Source: Caecitellus pseudoparvulus
Taxonomy: Eukaryota; Protista; Bigyra: Bicosoecida
Direction of reading: 5' to 3'
NCBI GenBank assembly: GCA_965644315.1
Contig: CBFFRQ010000033.1
Coordinates: 1-51,491 of the forward strand
DNA: 51,491 nucleotides
In this document: positions 11,901 through 24,371 of the stretch, piece by piece
How positions within the stretch are numbered: position 1 is the stretch's first letter
How the letters are laid out: each line of letters opens with the position of its first letter
Made by a program: the position numbers and the translations under genes
The notes under the pieces: generated by a model
The model's input: the letters and a program-made list of their open reading frames with translations, nothing else
What the model was told of the DNA's origin: nothing
Databases searched by the model: none

Positions 11901-14900
11901 TGGCGCGGGTGTCAGAGCCTACATACGTGAGGGGCAGGATGTCAAGGGGGTGTGCGGAGAAGTCGTCCCCAGGCGCGGGCGCAGAGCTGGACACTCCCCA
12001 CAAATACGAGACGATGCTGGCCTCACCAGCGGTGAAGCTGCCCCAAGACGCGACGAGGCTGGGCTGGGAGTGCCCGTCCTGGTCGGCCTCCAGGTCGCGT
12101 GTGGGATCCACGTCGTGGACGTACGCGGCGGCAGCGGATGGCCGCCTGGATTCGATAGGCAGGGGCTGGGCTGGTGCAGGGATGATGTTCTGCGCGCGGT
12201 CTCGGCAGCGCACCGTCAGAAACGCAATGACAGCATCAGGTAGTTGGGGAATGGTGCCGGAGACGACGAGGGAGATGGAGTTCGAGCCGTACTGCCCTGG
12301 CACAGGCGTTTCAGGGTGCAGACGAGAGAAGGGAATCATGCTCTCGGGCGCAGCATCTGTGCCCGCAGCAACTTCACAGAAGGCAAAGCCAGACTCGGCG
12401 TCGACAACGGTCACTCGTGCCCGGAAGAAGGTGCGGTTTTGCAGCGCGGCCACGGGCGTCTCATCTGCGTCAAAGTCACCAGGGTTGCCGACGATGCCAG
12501 GGACGCCGTACTGCAGCCACGGGTTGTGTCGGTCGCCGAGGATCTCTGCCGAGACGGAAGGCGCGACTGTGTCCACGTACACACCGTCGCTGATGGAGGT
12601 CGTGGACAAGCCTGCCTCGTTCTCGGCCGTGACAATGAGGTACACCATCGTGCCGGAGCGCACCGGGTCCACAGTTGTGAACGTGTGGTTCAGCACCGGA
12701 CCAAGGTCTTCAAATGCCACAATGTCGTCTACGGGTCGGCCCAAGACGCTGCCCAGCCCCACGCGGTAATTGATAAGCGGTGAGATGTCCTCCGGAAACT
12801 CTGGCCAGTGCACATGGAAGACCTTTGAGTCGTCCGTGAAGTCAATGTCACAGGTGGTCCCATCGCCTCCCAGCGCTGGCTCCAGGAAGGCACCACAGGT
12901 GGAACGCCCATCAAGGGGCTCGGCCAGGCCGGGCGGGGTGTTATCGTACGTCAGCCCATCAGATGTGCGAATGGTCGTCAAGCCTGCGGCGTTGATGGCT
13001 CGCATGTGCACAAAGTACTGTGTGCCGGCCACCAGACCCAGTGTGGGCACTGAGTGCACCCCAGTGGGTGCGACGTCCTTCCACTGCCCAAGGGGCACCC
13101 CCGTGTCGGTTGGGTCACACAGGTCTGGGTCAGAGGAAGTGGACGTGATGCAGTACTGGTACTCGAGGATGCCGCCACGAGAGCTCTCCCTGTCTTGGAA
13201 GCCGTTCCACTGCCAAGCAGGGTTGTTGGACGCCTGGAAATCCACATCTGCCGTATCATCTTGTACTGTGATGCTGTAGGAGGGCAGGTCCACTTCGCGG
13301 ACGCCCGCACGGGGCGACACGCCCACCGCATCCGGCACAGCCCGAGGCGGTGACAGGTCCACGACAAAGCCCGCAGAGCAGGACGTGAAGCGTTCGCCCT
13401 CTACGTTGCGAGCCTCCACCACCCACTTGTATCGCGCGCCCTGAGTGAGGGCTGCAACAGGTGGCAGCGTGTACTCCACTGCACCTGCCTGGCCCATGCT
13501 CAAAAAGCCGGCAGCAGCAACGTGCTTTGCATATGGCGTCCGTGCCCGCTTCATGACGAGGGGCGCGTAGTCCTGCAGCCACAGGCTGCGTGGGTTGGCG
13601 TGCGTTGGCAACATGCCTTCGGCGGGAGACGTGCTGCCTGGGGTCAGGACCGACTCACAGGCATAGGAGGGGACACCTGACGCCCCAGCGGGCCACGTGA
13701 CGGCGACGAAGTGCCCCGCAGGGCACCGCATGGGGGGCTTCGTGCAAATAACTGGCTTGTGCAGGGCGCAGGCGCGGGGGTGCAGGCGGGGAGTAGCAGT
13801 TCCCCCCTCCACTGCCGCACAGTCCCCGCCCGCGGCCAGATCAACGTCCGCCGCCCACGGCCACAGCCCCGTTGCAGTGACATCCTTGCCAAGCGTGCGG
13901 GGGGTGTAGGTGGACCGCCAGGTGCCGTTATGGCGTAGGTCAGACAGGCCCGTCCAGCAGGACCCCGAGCACAGCGGCGCGACAGCTTTGAGCACAGAGT
14001 ACGTCGGGCTGCTGAGCGCCACGCCCTCGTCGCTTGCACACACGCCATCGGCGGCCGACCCAGCAGAAGCCCCTGCTGAAGCAAAGGCACAGGCAAACTC
14101 GCCAGCTGACAGCTGCACCAGCACGTGCCCTGTGGCGCACGTGAACACGGGCGCCTCGCACACGGCTCGGGCGGAAGCTGTGCTGCCGGAGCCTGGGGCA
14201 GACACCTCTGCCGTGGAAGCCTGCACTTGGATGCGAGCAGCGTCCGCCCGACCTGCTGCCGAGACGCCAAATGGCGCCAAGCTGAAAGGCAGGGCCCAGT
14301 CACCAGCCGCAGCTCCATCCACGCCCATGGCCCCCTGTGCGAACTGCTGTGCATACTGGTGAGCGCCCATGCCCCACCAGAACTTGATGCCGGCGGGGTC
14401 ACCTGCGCTGTGCTGTGCGCCGATCCAGCACTGGCCTGTGCTGCACGTGCTGGCGACTGCGGCCATGTCATCACTGCCAAAGGCTGCAGCGGGCACGCCG
14501 CCGAGGGCCATGCACGTCGCGTCCACAGAGGCAAGGTCGGTCATGCCGCTGCGCCGCAGGCAGCGCGCAGGGGCACCTGGGGTGACGTACACGGAATACC
14601 CCGGCGGGCACGATGCCACTGCCTGCTCACACAGGTACGGCAGCTCCGTCAAGTCGGGCTCCAGGCGGACCTGGGCCGTCATGGTGGCGGTGTCCTGGTC
14701 CACTGCAACAGTGGACAGAAACAACTTGGTGCCAGGAGCAGCGCCGGACAAGTCAGTGGGGTTGTTCAGGGGCAAGCCCGAAACAACACTTGACGAAGTG
14801 TGGGGGTGGGGCAAGGGGAAGGAGGTGGACCACAAGCTGGGCGCCTGGACGGACATGCCCAGCCAGCAGCGCATGCCCTTGTCAAAGCATGCGTACTGCA

Positions 14901-17900
14901 GGGCACGGAGCTTGACAGCGTCGTAGATGCCGAGGGACGCCAGGCTGGCACCCTCCGCGGCACAGGAGGCTTCCGCCGCCTCCCACGTCGCTGCTGTCTC
15001 CACGAACTTCACACAGGACGATAGTGCGCCGTCTGTGCCACGCGCCAGGGTGTACCCTGCAGGGCACTTGAGCAGCGTGCCGGCTGTGTCGCCTTGCAGG
15101 GCAGAGCCCAAGCACGTGTCCTCGTCTGTGGAGGAGCGCAGCACCTGCAGGCCCACCCGCACATCCAGGCTGTCACACGTGACGTCAAAGTCAGACATGG
15201 ACACCTTCAAGCCGGTGTGGGAGTTGGCTGCCTCAGACAGCAGGTCCCCCGCAGTGAAGGCCCCGAACGGCGTGATGTCCGTCTCCGTCTGCAGCGGAGT
15301 CACCTGCCCAGGGGTCATGGCCGGCAGCAACAATGGCTGCGCGTCAGAATACCCAGGGCATGTCGCTCGTGTGCCGTCGCACGTCGGCGCCAAGCGGCAC
15401 TCCGACTCCCGCCCAGCATTACAGGGCTGGTTGTCGGCTGGCATGTATCTGGTGTCGAAGCACCCGCCGTCGCCGTTGCAGCTGTTGTCAATGTGGCAGT
15501 CCCCAGTCTCACACGAGTAAGGTGTGCCGGTGCAAATGCCTGCAATGCACGTGTCGTCAAAGGTGCACATTTCGCCGTCGTCGCAGCCCAGGCCGTTGGG
15601 GCGTGTAGACCACGCTGTGGCATCCTTCAGCACGTCACAGTACTGGCAGCCAGGCTGGTCGGGGCTCACCTCGTTGTGAGCGTACACAACGCCGTCAATG
15701 AGACAGCCGCACGACTTGCTGCCGCCACCCAGGTCCTTCACGCCACCCAAGAAGCCTGGCGCCAAGTCACAGCCGCCTTCTCCGTCGCACACCTCGCAGT
15801 TTTGCGCGTCATCGCCAGTCCACTCGTACGCCAGGCATGTCGTGTACAGGGTGCCTTGGCACAGCCCCGCGCCGGTGCAGGTATCGTTGAAGGTGCAGGA
15901 CAGCTCATCATCACAGATCTTGTCCTCCTCCAGGCTCCACGTCTCAAACCCGCCGTCATCCCGCGGGTCACAGCGGTAGCACTGAGAGTGCACGTCCACG
16001 TCACTCTCGCGCGGCTTTCCGGCCAAGAAGGGGATGCACTCGTCCACCCCCAGCGCGTTGCGAATGTAGCAGCTGTCCACGAGGGGGCAGTGCGTGCAAC
16101 GGAAGCGCAAGTAGGCGTGTCCTGGCTCGCCAGGGGCGCCGGCCATGGTCTCAGGGTGGGCTGTCACGCCACCTGCCCCCACACTGCCCAAGGTCAGTGT
16201 TGGGTGCCCTGTGCCGCTGATAAGGAGTGATGGCAGGTAGTCGTTGCTGCCGCCACCTGCGCCGGAGACGGCTGTTCCAGGCGCAGTGGCGCCACTCCCC
16301 CCGCCCAGCAGACCCTGCCCTCCGGACGGCGCGTACTCTGCGCAAGTGCCACCATTGCAGATGTCGCCGTCAGCACCACCTCCCAGCACACGGTCGCCCA
16401 GCGCACCCTGCGTGACATGGTTAGGGTCGGCAGGGTCGCCGACGCCACCTTCGCCCGCCTCGATGAAAGTGCCGCCACCACCCCCTGTCGTGGACCCCGC
16501 AGCTTCGCCGCCGGCCCCGCGAGCCTGCAGACCACCGCCACCGGCACCGCCACTGCCGCAAGTGCTGGCGCCATAACCACCGCCGCCACCCCCACCCACG
16601 ACGATCAACTCATCGTACAGGGAGGGGTAGAAGAGGGCAGTGCGCTGTCCACCGCCTCGGTTGGGCAGCTGCGTGCCGCCTGGTGCGAGGGGGTACCCCA
16701 GGCCAAAGCCGTTGGTGCCGTTGGCCAGAGCATCTGTGGCAGACATGCCAGGGCCCAGCGTGAGGGCGGGGGAGGACAGAGGGTCTGTGCTGGGGGCAAA
16801 CTTGCTCCCCACATCGCCTACAGACACCACCAGGTCCCGACCAGGCACCATCTGCACCCGGGCCGCAAAGTAGCCCCCGCTGCCTCCCAGGCAAGGCACG
16901 CTGCCAGTGGGGTCCAGGCCAAGTTGCCTGCGCCCAGGCGAGCCTCCAGCACCGTACAGCGCCACATCTGCGGCAATGGCTCCGGGCGGCACCTTGAGAA
17001 TGTGCACACCCGTGCCCATGATGGGCAGGGAGGGCAGCAACTCACACCGCGGCGGCGCAGGGGAGAGCTGCTGGATGGCGACGTGGCCTCGCAGGAAGCC
17101 AGGGCGACCTGCCGTGGCGCCGATCCACTTGTTCAGGGGGTCGCCTGGGGCCGTGACACTGCCGCCGACCAGGCGCCCGAATGACACACGGGCCGCCTGC
17201 AAGTAGCTGGAGCCGCCACCGCCGCCGCTGACGGCGCCAGCCAAGACCCCTGACGCAGCCCCCGCACCGCCACCGTAGTACCCGCCACCTCCGCCGCCGC
17301 CGTGGCCCACTGCCACGAACTCGGAGCAGGCAGACACGCCAGCGCGGTTGCGGGCTCCAGCCAGGCCCCACGTACAGGCGTCAGCGGAGGTGGCGCCGGA
17401 GCTCCGCACGACACCGCCAGCACCATGTCCTGCTTCCAGCAGGGTTGTCTGCAGGTGCGAGTTGAGGTTGGTGCCACCAAGCCCGCCGTAGGCAGTGGCA
17501 AAATCCGAGCCTGAGGAGGTGAAGGTGGACACGGTGCCCTCCCCCGCATCATGGGAGCCGCCGGGGCCGCCATGGCTCATACCGCCGCCGCCGCCACCAC
17601 CCGCTACGATGAGCTCCTGGAGGGAATCCACTGCCGCGTCTGCGGGGAGCACTGTGCTGCGCACTGACAAGACGGCAGATCGGTCTCCACCCTGCCCACC
17701 TCCCTGGTGGTCCTTGCCTGCGCCGGAGTCCAGCGCCACACGGGAGGCAGCTGAGGCCCACGCTGGGTCCACCGCCTCCCAGCCCATGCGCGCGCCACCC
17801 ACCGTGACGACCACCGAGTCCCCCGCAGAGATCGCCAGGAACCCTGAAGCGCTGGCACCGCCGCCACCTTTGCCGGGCAGTGGGCGGACAGAGCCTCCAC

Positions 17901-20846
17901 CGGCGCCCCACGTGCTGAGGCGCAGGCGCCCAACCCCTGCGGGAGCTGTGTACACGCACATCTGGCCAGGCTGGTGCAAGTGCACGGTGCTGCCCACCAC
18001 GCTGCCGGGTGTGTTGGCCCCCGTCGTGTCACATGGGGGAATGTACTCACAGACGTATCTGCGAGCAGTGCTGGGGGACGGGTCCACGTGCAGCTGGCCA
18101 TAGCTGCTGCTGAGGTACGCTCGCGACCCAGTGGAGAAGCCGGCAGCTGGGTGGCAGTCACCACACTCAACTTGAGACATGTCCCACAGGGTGCCCTTCG
18201 CATAACGTGCCGTGTCCAGCTTGCCAAGGGCAGTGTGCGCCCACAGGGACCCGGCCGGGTCGCTGTTGTCCAGCCACCGCCAGGTGGAGCCGCCCTCAGA
18301 AGCCTTGGCGCCCACCCAAGCTCCGGAGGTGGTGGAGTGGCTGCCGTCGTGCAGAGAATCCGCGCCCAGTGCTTCGTGCACGACGGCCAACTCCAAGGCA
18401 TCGTGCACGGTCCAGAGTTGCGCGTGGGCGTGCTTGGCCTTGCAGTTGGAGGCCGCGACAGCGAAGGTCGCGGGAGTCTGCTCCACGATCAAGCAGGTGC
18501 CGGTGGTGGGGGAACGGAGCCACCCGGCGGGGCAGGTGCTGCCCACCTCACACGCGACGTACTTCTTGGAGGTGCTGCACAGCTCGGCCGCCAGCTCGGT
18601 GTCGGATGGTGTGGAGGACGGGGAGAGACAGAATTCCCCTGGGGTGGCGCCGAACGTCACGCCTGCGATGGCGCCGTCGTCCAGGCTGCCGAAGTTGAGC
18701 GTGCCTGCGTCCAGGCCAGTGGCCGAAGCAGAGGACCCAGTGCCAGGCCGCCACATAATGCTGTGCACGGTTTGCGGCTCCACGTGGCCGCCTGTCCACA
18801 CGCCGTCTCCGCGGGCAAGGACCGCTGCTACGTGGGAGTTCCACCACTGGATACTGCGGGAAGTCCAGAGACGAGCAGGGGACGCCACGCGAGGGCTGTC
18901 GGCTGGGGCAGCGGCAGCGCAGATGTCTGACGCATCCGCTGCGCCAGATCCAGATGGCACCTCAACCAGCTTGATGCACTGCCCGGTGGTGGGGTCCACA
19001 GTGTCGCCGTCAGGGCACAGCGGCGGCGGCGCCACACACACGAAGCCGCCCTCAGAGAACAGCCCAGTTGTGTTGCACGGCGCCGGCTCCAGCCGCCCAA
19101 TGTAGAAGGAGCTGCACTTCCCAGTGCTGCCGTCAGGCACCCCTCCCCTCCACAGGTTCCCCGGCACCGGCTTGCCGTCCCCCCACACCCACTGGCCATT
19201 CTCCATGTGCGCGCCAACCGCAACACGCTGCCCATAGCGTGGGCGGCCAGTGTTGAACTCTTGCAAGAGCACGTGGCGCAGCCAGTCCCAAGGCTGGTCA
19301 CCATGGTCGACAGGTGCTGCAGGGGGGTAGGCCAGGTGTCCGCCCTCAGCGGCACACTGTGCCTCCAGAGTGTCCCACGACACCTCCGAGGCCGTGCCCG
19401 GCACGACGTCCAGGTGAATACCGCAAGATGTGGCGGTGGGGTTGGATATCCACTTTGCAGGGCACCCGATGGGCCGCACAGCACACACAGGGAGGGCGGT
19501 CGTCTCGTCGGCACAGTCAGTGGCATGCAAGCCTCCGCTCACGCCCAGCGACACACAGTTCAGGCCGATATCGGGCGGCGTGCTCCAGCTACCGGAGGGC
19601 GGCGCGGCGATGATGTCGTTGGCCGGGGCATTGTCCCCCGTGCCGTACCACATGTGCCCGCGGACGGAGGGGAAGCCGACGCCGGCGCCCATCCAAGCCC
19701 GCTGCATGTCAGGTGCGGCAAAGTGCGTCGTAAGCTGCCCCTGGAACCACGCCAGCTCGGCGGCGGAAGAGGGGACAAAGAGGGACGAGCCAGGGAATGC
19801 ATCGGCACAGTGAGCCAGAGCGTCCGGCTGGGACATGAACGCTGCGCCCCAGCCAAAGTGCACACAGGCGCCGGAGAAAGGCGACGAAGCCTGGAAACCT
19901 GGCGGGCAGTGTGCGACAGTCATCCGGTCCAGGCGAAGCTCCTCCCCTGGTGCAGGGGTGGCAGTGGGAGTGGCTTGGAGCCTTCGGGCCTGCTGCTGCT
20001 GCTGCAAGGGTTGCGTCAGGGACTCTGCAGGTGCTGGCGTGGCGGAGCCTGCTTTGGACGCGTCAGGCTGTGGCTGCAACGACGGCGATGCCTGCGCTGA
20101 CAGCTGAGCCGGCAGCGGCGCATGTGATGGCAGGGGCGAGGGGCTGGCTACAATAGGGGCATTGTAAGCCGGGGCGCTGGGGCCTGCAACCTGCAAGGCG
20201 TCTTCGCACCAGGTTTTCGGCTGCACACACACTGTGCGTGCCTGCGAAGAGCAGGGCTGACTTTTCACAGACCCCCTCGCGTGCAGGACAGCGCATGTGC
20301 CAGCCGGCACGGTGCTCAGACCCTTGAAGAATGCCATGGCCAGCTTGGGGTCCCTGACTGCCCCCTCGAAGCCGCCGGGCCAAGTCCAGGCGCCGGGCTT
20401 GTCGGGGGTGCCCTCGCGTTTCGCCAACCACAGCGGGAACTTGGAATGTGGCACCATGCTCTGCAGGCGCAGGCCGGAGCGCATGTCCACTGGCACTGTG
20501 CCATCAGGGCATGTTGCAGTACCGAATGCGCTTGCTGGCTCTGGCACGACGAGGCAGCTGGGCAGCTGGGCCGGCGATCTGTTGGGAGCGGAGCGTGCCT
20601 TCGTCGTGATGGTCGGCAAGTTGCGGGGGGAACGGCGGGAAGCTCGCACGCCGTCACTTACACAAACTTCTTGTCCACGTGGTTAGTATCCATCATTGCT
20701 GCGGGAGGGGGTGGGAGGACGCGGAGGGTGCCTGCACAGTGATGGCTTGCCGCTGCAGCAGTGCACGAACTGGAGCCGCCGCCGACATGTTGGCTGCTGG
20801 CTGCCGTGCCGACGGCAGCCAGGCCAAGCAGTGCCAGCCAAAGCAT
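5384..20846 (-). CDS. Giant (~5,100 aa if repaired) secreted/surface protein: signal peptide, multiple C-type lectin domains, two Gly-rich domains, Cys-rich repeats, many FN3/Ig-like repeats
   Basis: Exon 1 is 20846-20662 (MLWLALLGLAAVGTAA signal peptide). Intron 20661-20579 (GTAAGT...CAACAG) joins in frame to the 4971-aa ORF. CTLD patterns: CPxGW...TWEAAEASCAAEGASLAS...CWLG. WGAGGG...ELIVAGGGGGG domains. CDDxxxCTxxDTC repeats. Repeated W.xF.D.ESGI..Y.W..G...Y.V.V.A.N.AGL....SDG...DxTPP modules. One CVPCPLGTFK-type Cys repeat. The homologous frame continues to a TAG at 5384 across two lesions. Confidence 0.85.
5823..5957. repeat. Direct repeat copy B of 1-135
   Basis: 130/135 nt identical by manual alignment. 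Confidence 0.95.
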
Positions 20847-21086
20847 GCTTTGGTGGCTATGCAAGTCTACGTGACTCAGGAGCAGTGCTCTCCTGGGTCT
20901 CGGACGTGTAGGAGCAATCCTTGGTGTGGTGTGGAAATTGACACGATGCTATTACTGGCTCGGCGCCGTGCTCGAGGGAGGGGGCGAGTCTGGGCACAGA
21001 GCTGGCTCTGCGCCAGCGCCATGTGCACGTGATCTACGCCGTGAATTCCGTTGCTGTGGACCCTAGCCTCGCACGCCACCCCCGCT

Positions 21087-22217
21087 TCATTCGCTTGCAG
21101 CAGCTGCCGCTGGCGCCGCTGCGCCGTCAGGCGTGATGTCTGACACTTGCTCCCATCCCCCGGCCAACGTCTCCTTCCACAGCGTGGCGGAGTTGTCCCC
21201 GCAAGACACTGCCAGAAGGTTCCCGGTAGTGCTCCAAGACACCCGCCAGGCAGGCGCAGAGAAGGCAGGCAGCTCTTGCTTCACCCACTCGCCGCCCGAT
21301 GCGGCCTGGCGCCAGATGACCACGACGCCATTCTCCCACGCCGTGGCCATCACGTTCACCGGCATGCCAGAGCTGGGTGCCCAGGCAACATCCCGGGCAC
21401 TTGCGCTGTACCCCTTCAACAGGCCGTTGTCGTCCAGCTCCCAGGCGCCGTCGCTGCCAACGCGCTTGAACACGCGCACGTTACCATCGACACCAGCGGT
21501 GGCCAAGCGCGCCACGACTTGGTCCCCTGCTTGGCACCCCACATGGTGGTAAGGTGCCCAGGACACGGAGTTCACGCCTGCTGAGCAATCTTGGATGATG
21601 GCGGTTTCCCACGACGCGTCATCCTTGTGTGTCATGACGCTGACGCTGCCGTCTGCAGAAGCCGCCGCGAGGGAGGCCCCCAACTCATGTGGTGCCCATG
21701 CGATGCCATTCACACTGGACTTGTGCCCTTCGTACGTGTGCACGACGCTCCACGTGTTGCCGGCCGTCTCCTTGTGCACCAGCACCCGCCTGTCGTAGCT
21801 GCAGGATGCCAGCAGGCTGCCGAACTTGGGGTGGGCCCAGGTCACTTCCCACACAGGCCCCTCATGCCTGAGTAGGGGTGGTAGGGTGGAACGTCACGGT
21901 GTGCCACTGAAGCAGGCGCTGGCAGTGCGGGGCAGGTGAAACGCTGGTGGCACGCTGGCCGCCCTCTGGCTCCGCCTACGCACCCTTTCAGCTCCGCAAT
22001 GTAGCTGTACTCGTCACCTGATACATCATACACCTTAATGCTCCTGTCAGATGAGCATGTTGCCAGACGCTTGCCGTAGTAGTCGAACTGTGCGTCGTGC
22101 TGTGCAGGGAGCGGGAACGGCTGGTGCTGCGCTGGCCGAGCTTGGGCTGGCTCGCCGCCCGCGCCGTACCACTGTGTCTGCGTGCTGGGTGTCGATGATG
22201 TGTACAGGCTCAGCCAT
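21087..22217 (-). CDS. SEC13: COPII/nucleoporin WD40 protein Sec13
   Basis: Spliced model with introns 22169-22100 and 21983-21868: [40 protein letters not shown]...GHEGPVWEVTWAHPKFGSLLASCSYD...SVNGIAWAPHE...WRVSWSTTGNLLAVSCGDN. Confidence 0.97.
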
Positions 22218-22496
22218 GGCGGCCTGTTGGATCTCGCAGCGCTGGTTGCGAAGCCAGGAGTAGCAGGCGCAGTGCGCGTGGGTGTGGCGTGGGTTCGGTT
22301 TGTGTGTTTTGACTGGGGGCACAGCTGCAGGCGCGGCGTCTGCCCAGCGCCCCTCTCGCCCACACTTGGGCCCAAGACTTCACGTTTGGAGGCAGTGGTG
22401 TAGACTTCAGGCACAAGCCGTATCGGCTGCATTTGGACACTCACGCGCGGTGCAACACGCCACAGAAATCACACGGCCGGATGAGGGCGCCACACC

Positions 22497-24025
22497 CTAC
22501 AGAACGGCGCTGGCGCCGCCCGGAACGGGGGGCGGCACGATACTGGCCCCTTGCCCACTGCCCGCGCCCTGCTGCACGATGGAGGCGGCGATGGGGGGGT
22601 GGCTCGCTTCCTCCTCCCGCTCCACGTGCCCCCCTCCCCCCATGCCGCCCGGGTGGTGGTGCTGCTGCTGCGGGGGGAAGTGCCCAGGATGCTGCTGATG
22701 GGGGGGGAAGTGCCCAGGATGCTGCTGATGGGGGGGGAAGTGCCCAGGGTGCTGCTGAGGAGGAAACTGCCCAGGGTGCTGCTGGTGCTGCTGAGGTGGG
22801 AAATGCCCGGGGTGCTGCTGGGGGGGGAAGTGCCCAGGGTGCTGCTGCTGGTGATGCTGGTGGGGGGGAAAGTGCCCAGGCGGCCCTTGCGCCATGCCCC
22901 CTCCGTCAGCAGGAGGCACGATGTGGATGGGGGCATGGCGTGGCTGCTGCGACCGCCCCATCAAGCCTAGCTGATTGATGAAGCGGTACTGGTCAGGCAC
23001 CTCCATCAGCGCATCCAGAGCGAATTGTGCCTCAGCAGCTGGGGGGCAGTACTCCAGTGAGCCCCCCCGCTTTGCAAGGGAGTCACTGACCACGACGCTT
23101 TGCCAGTTGTCGAATCTGCGGTGGGGGATGGCGTCGTCGAAGTGGTCCATGAGGTCCCACGGGCCGTCACCCACGCCCACCAGGACGATGGAGAGGGGGA
23201 AGTGGGATGCCTCTACAATGGCGTTGGCGGTGTCCTGCTCCAGGGAGGACAGCTGGCCGTCGGCGGTGGACGAGGGCCGTGTCACCTGGCCGTCGGCGAT
23301 GATGACCAGGATGTGGTACTGGCCGCCTGACTGGCTCACGATTTCAATCGCTTTGCGGATGATGGGGGCGAAGGTGGTGGGGCCGGCCAACCGCACGTGC
23401 GGAGCCAGGGACATGTACCGTTGCATGACGTGCTCGAAGCCATGGCAAGGGGCCTCCCCGGGGTTGAAGGAGAAGAGCTTGTCAGCCCCCGTGTCGGCTG
23501 AGCCGAAGCCGTACACGGGGATGAGCGCGTCGTCGTCGAACCCTTCAAGCGTCCTTCTGCGACAGGCGAGGACAGGCAGCCGTGCTTGCGCTGGTGCCGA
23601 GAGGCGCACGCCCTGTTGTGCAGTGCGCACCCAATGATGCTGATGACCGATGAGTAGGGGTTGGTGCTGATTGACGTGTCGTGCAAGCTGCGCCCTCCAA
23701 AGGTCCGCTTGCCTGTCCACTCCTGTGCGCAGAAAGGCACGCAAGTTGGTGCAACGCCCGCTGTTGTCAGAGAGTGCCCGCGGCGCCTCACATTGGACTT
23801 CGTGAAGTCAATGCCGATGATGAGGTTGGAGCTCTCCAAGCCAGTGCTGCGCAGGGCAGTTTGCAGCTGGTCCAGGGACGAGAACCTGTGGATGCGAGGA
23901 GCATGTGAGGTGGACCTGGCAATTTCCGCCGCTGCGGCAGCGAGGCCGCACTGGTCAGGGATGTGCTTCAGCAGACTGGGGGGCTGCCGAGGAGGTACTG
24001 CTGGAGTACTTGAAGAACAACCCAT
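22497..24025 (-). CDS. Copine/RGLG-like vWA protein with N-terminal MGC acylation motif and Q/H/P-rich tail
   Basis: Introns 23951-23886, 23791-23723 and 23630-23557 give GLESSNLIIGIDFTKSNEWTG...NPY..VISIIGRTLEGFDDD.LIP.YGFG...LAGPTTFAPII...YHILVIIADGQVT...PLSIVLVGVGDGPW...FDN...ALMEVPDQY. Confidence 0.9.
22671..22880 (-). repeat. Coding tandem repeat (~27-36 nt units) encoding (H)QQHPGHFPP, about 7 units
   Basis: Repeated ggggggaagtgcccagg(a/g)tgctgctg units. Confidence 0.9.
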
Positions 24026-24371
24026 GGTGCTGGGAAGGGCGCCACTCGTGGAGAATTCGTGCTCTCAGAGGGCTGTGGCCTGGCAACGTCACTGGCAGCA
24101 CCTGGGTGTGCTTGTTGTGCGCAGAAAAGGGGCAGCGGATCGCGGCTAGGCGTTATTACGACAACAAACAAGAGCGCCGGACATGTACATTGGACAAGGC
24201 ATGATTTGCAGTCTGTAGTTTGCTGCGCTGCCTCCACTGCGTGCGCAAGGCCAAAAATAGCCGAGTGAGGCTGAGGCAACAGGCCCACGGCGCAGGTTTT
24301 CCAATGAGGCGGAGGCAGGTCGATATGACATGAAGACTGGCTGTGCGCCGGCTGGGGTGCTGGGAGGCAAG

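Noticed and set aside
49-20300. Many 100-400 aa plus-strand ORFs over the giant gene and its paralog, and similar antisense ORFs elsewhere
   Set aside because: These are antisense or off-frame shadows expected in GC-rich coding DNA; they carry no independent motifs.
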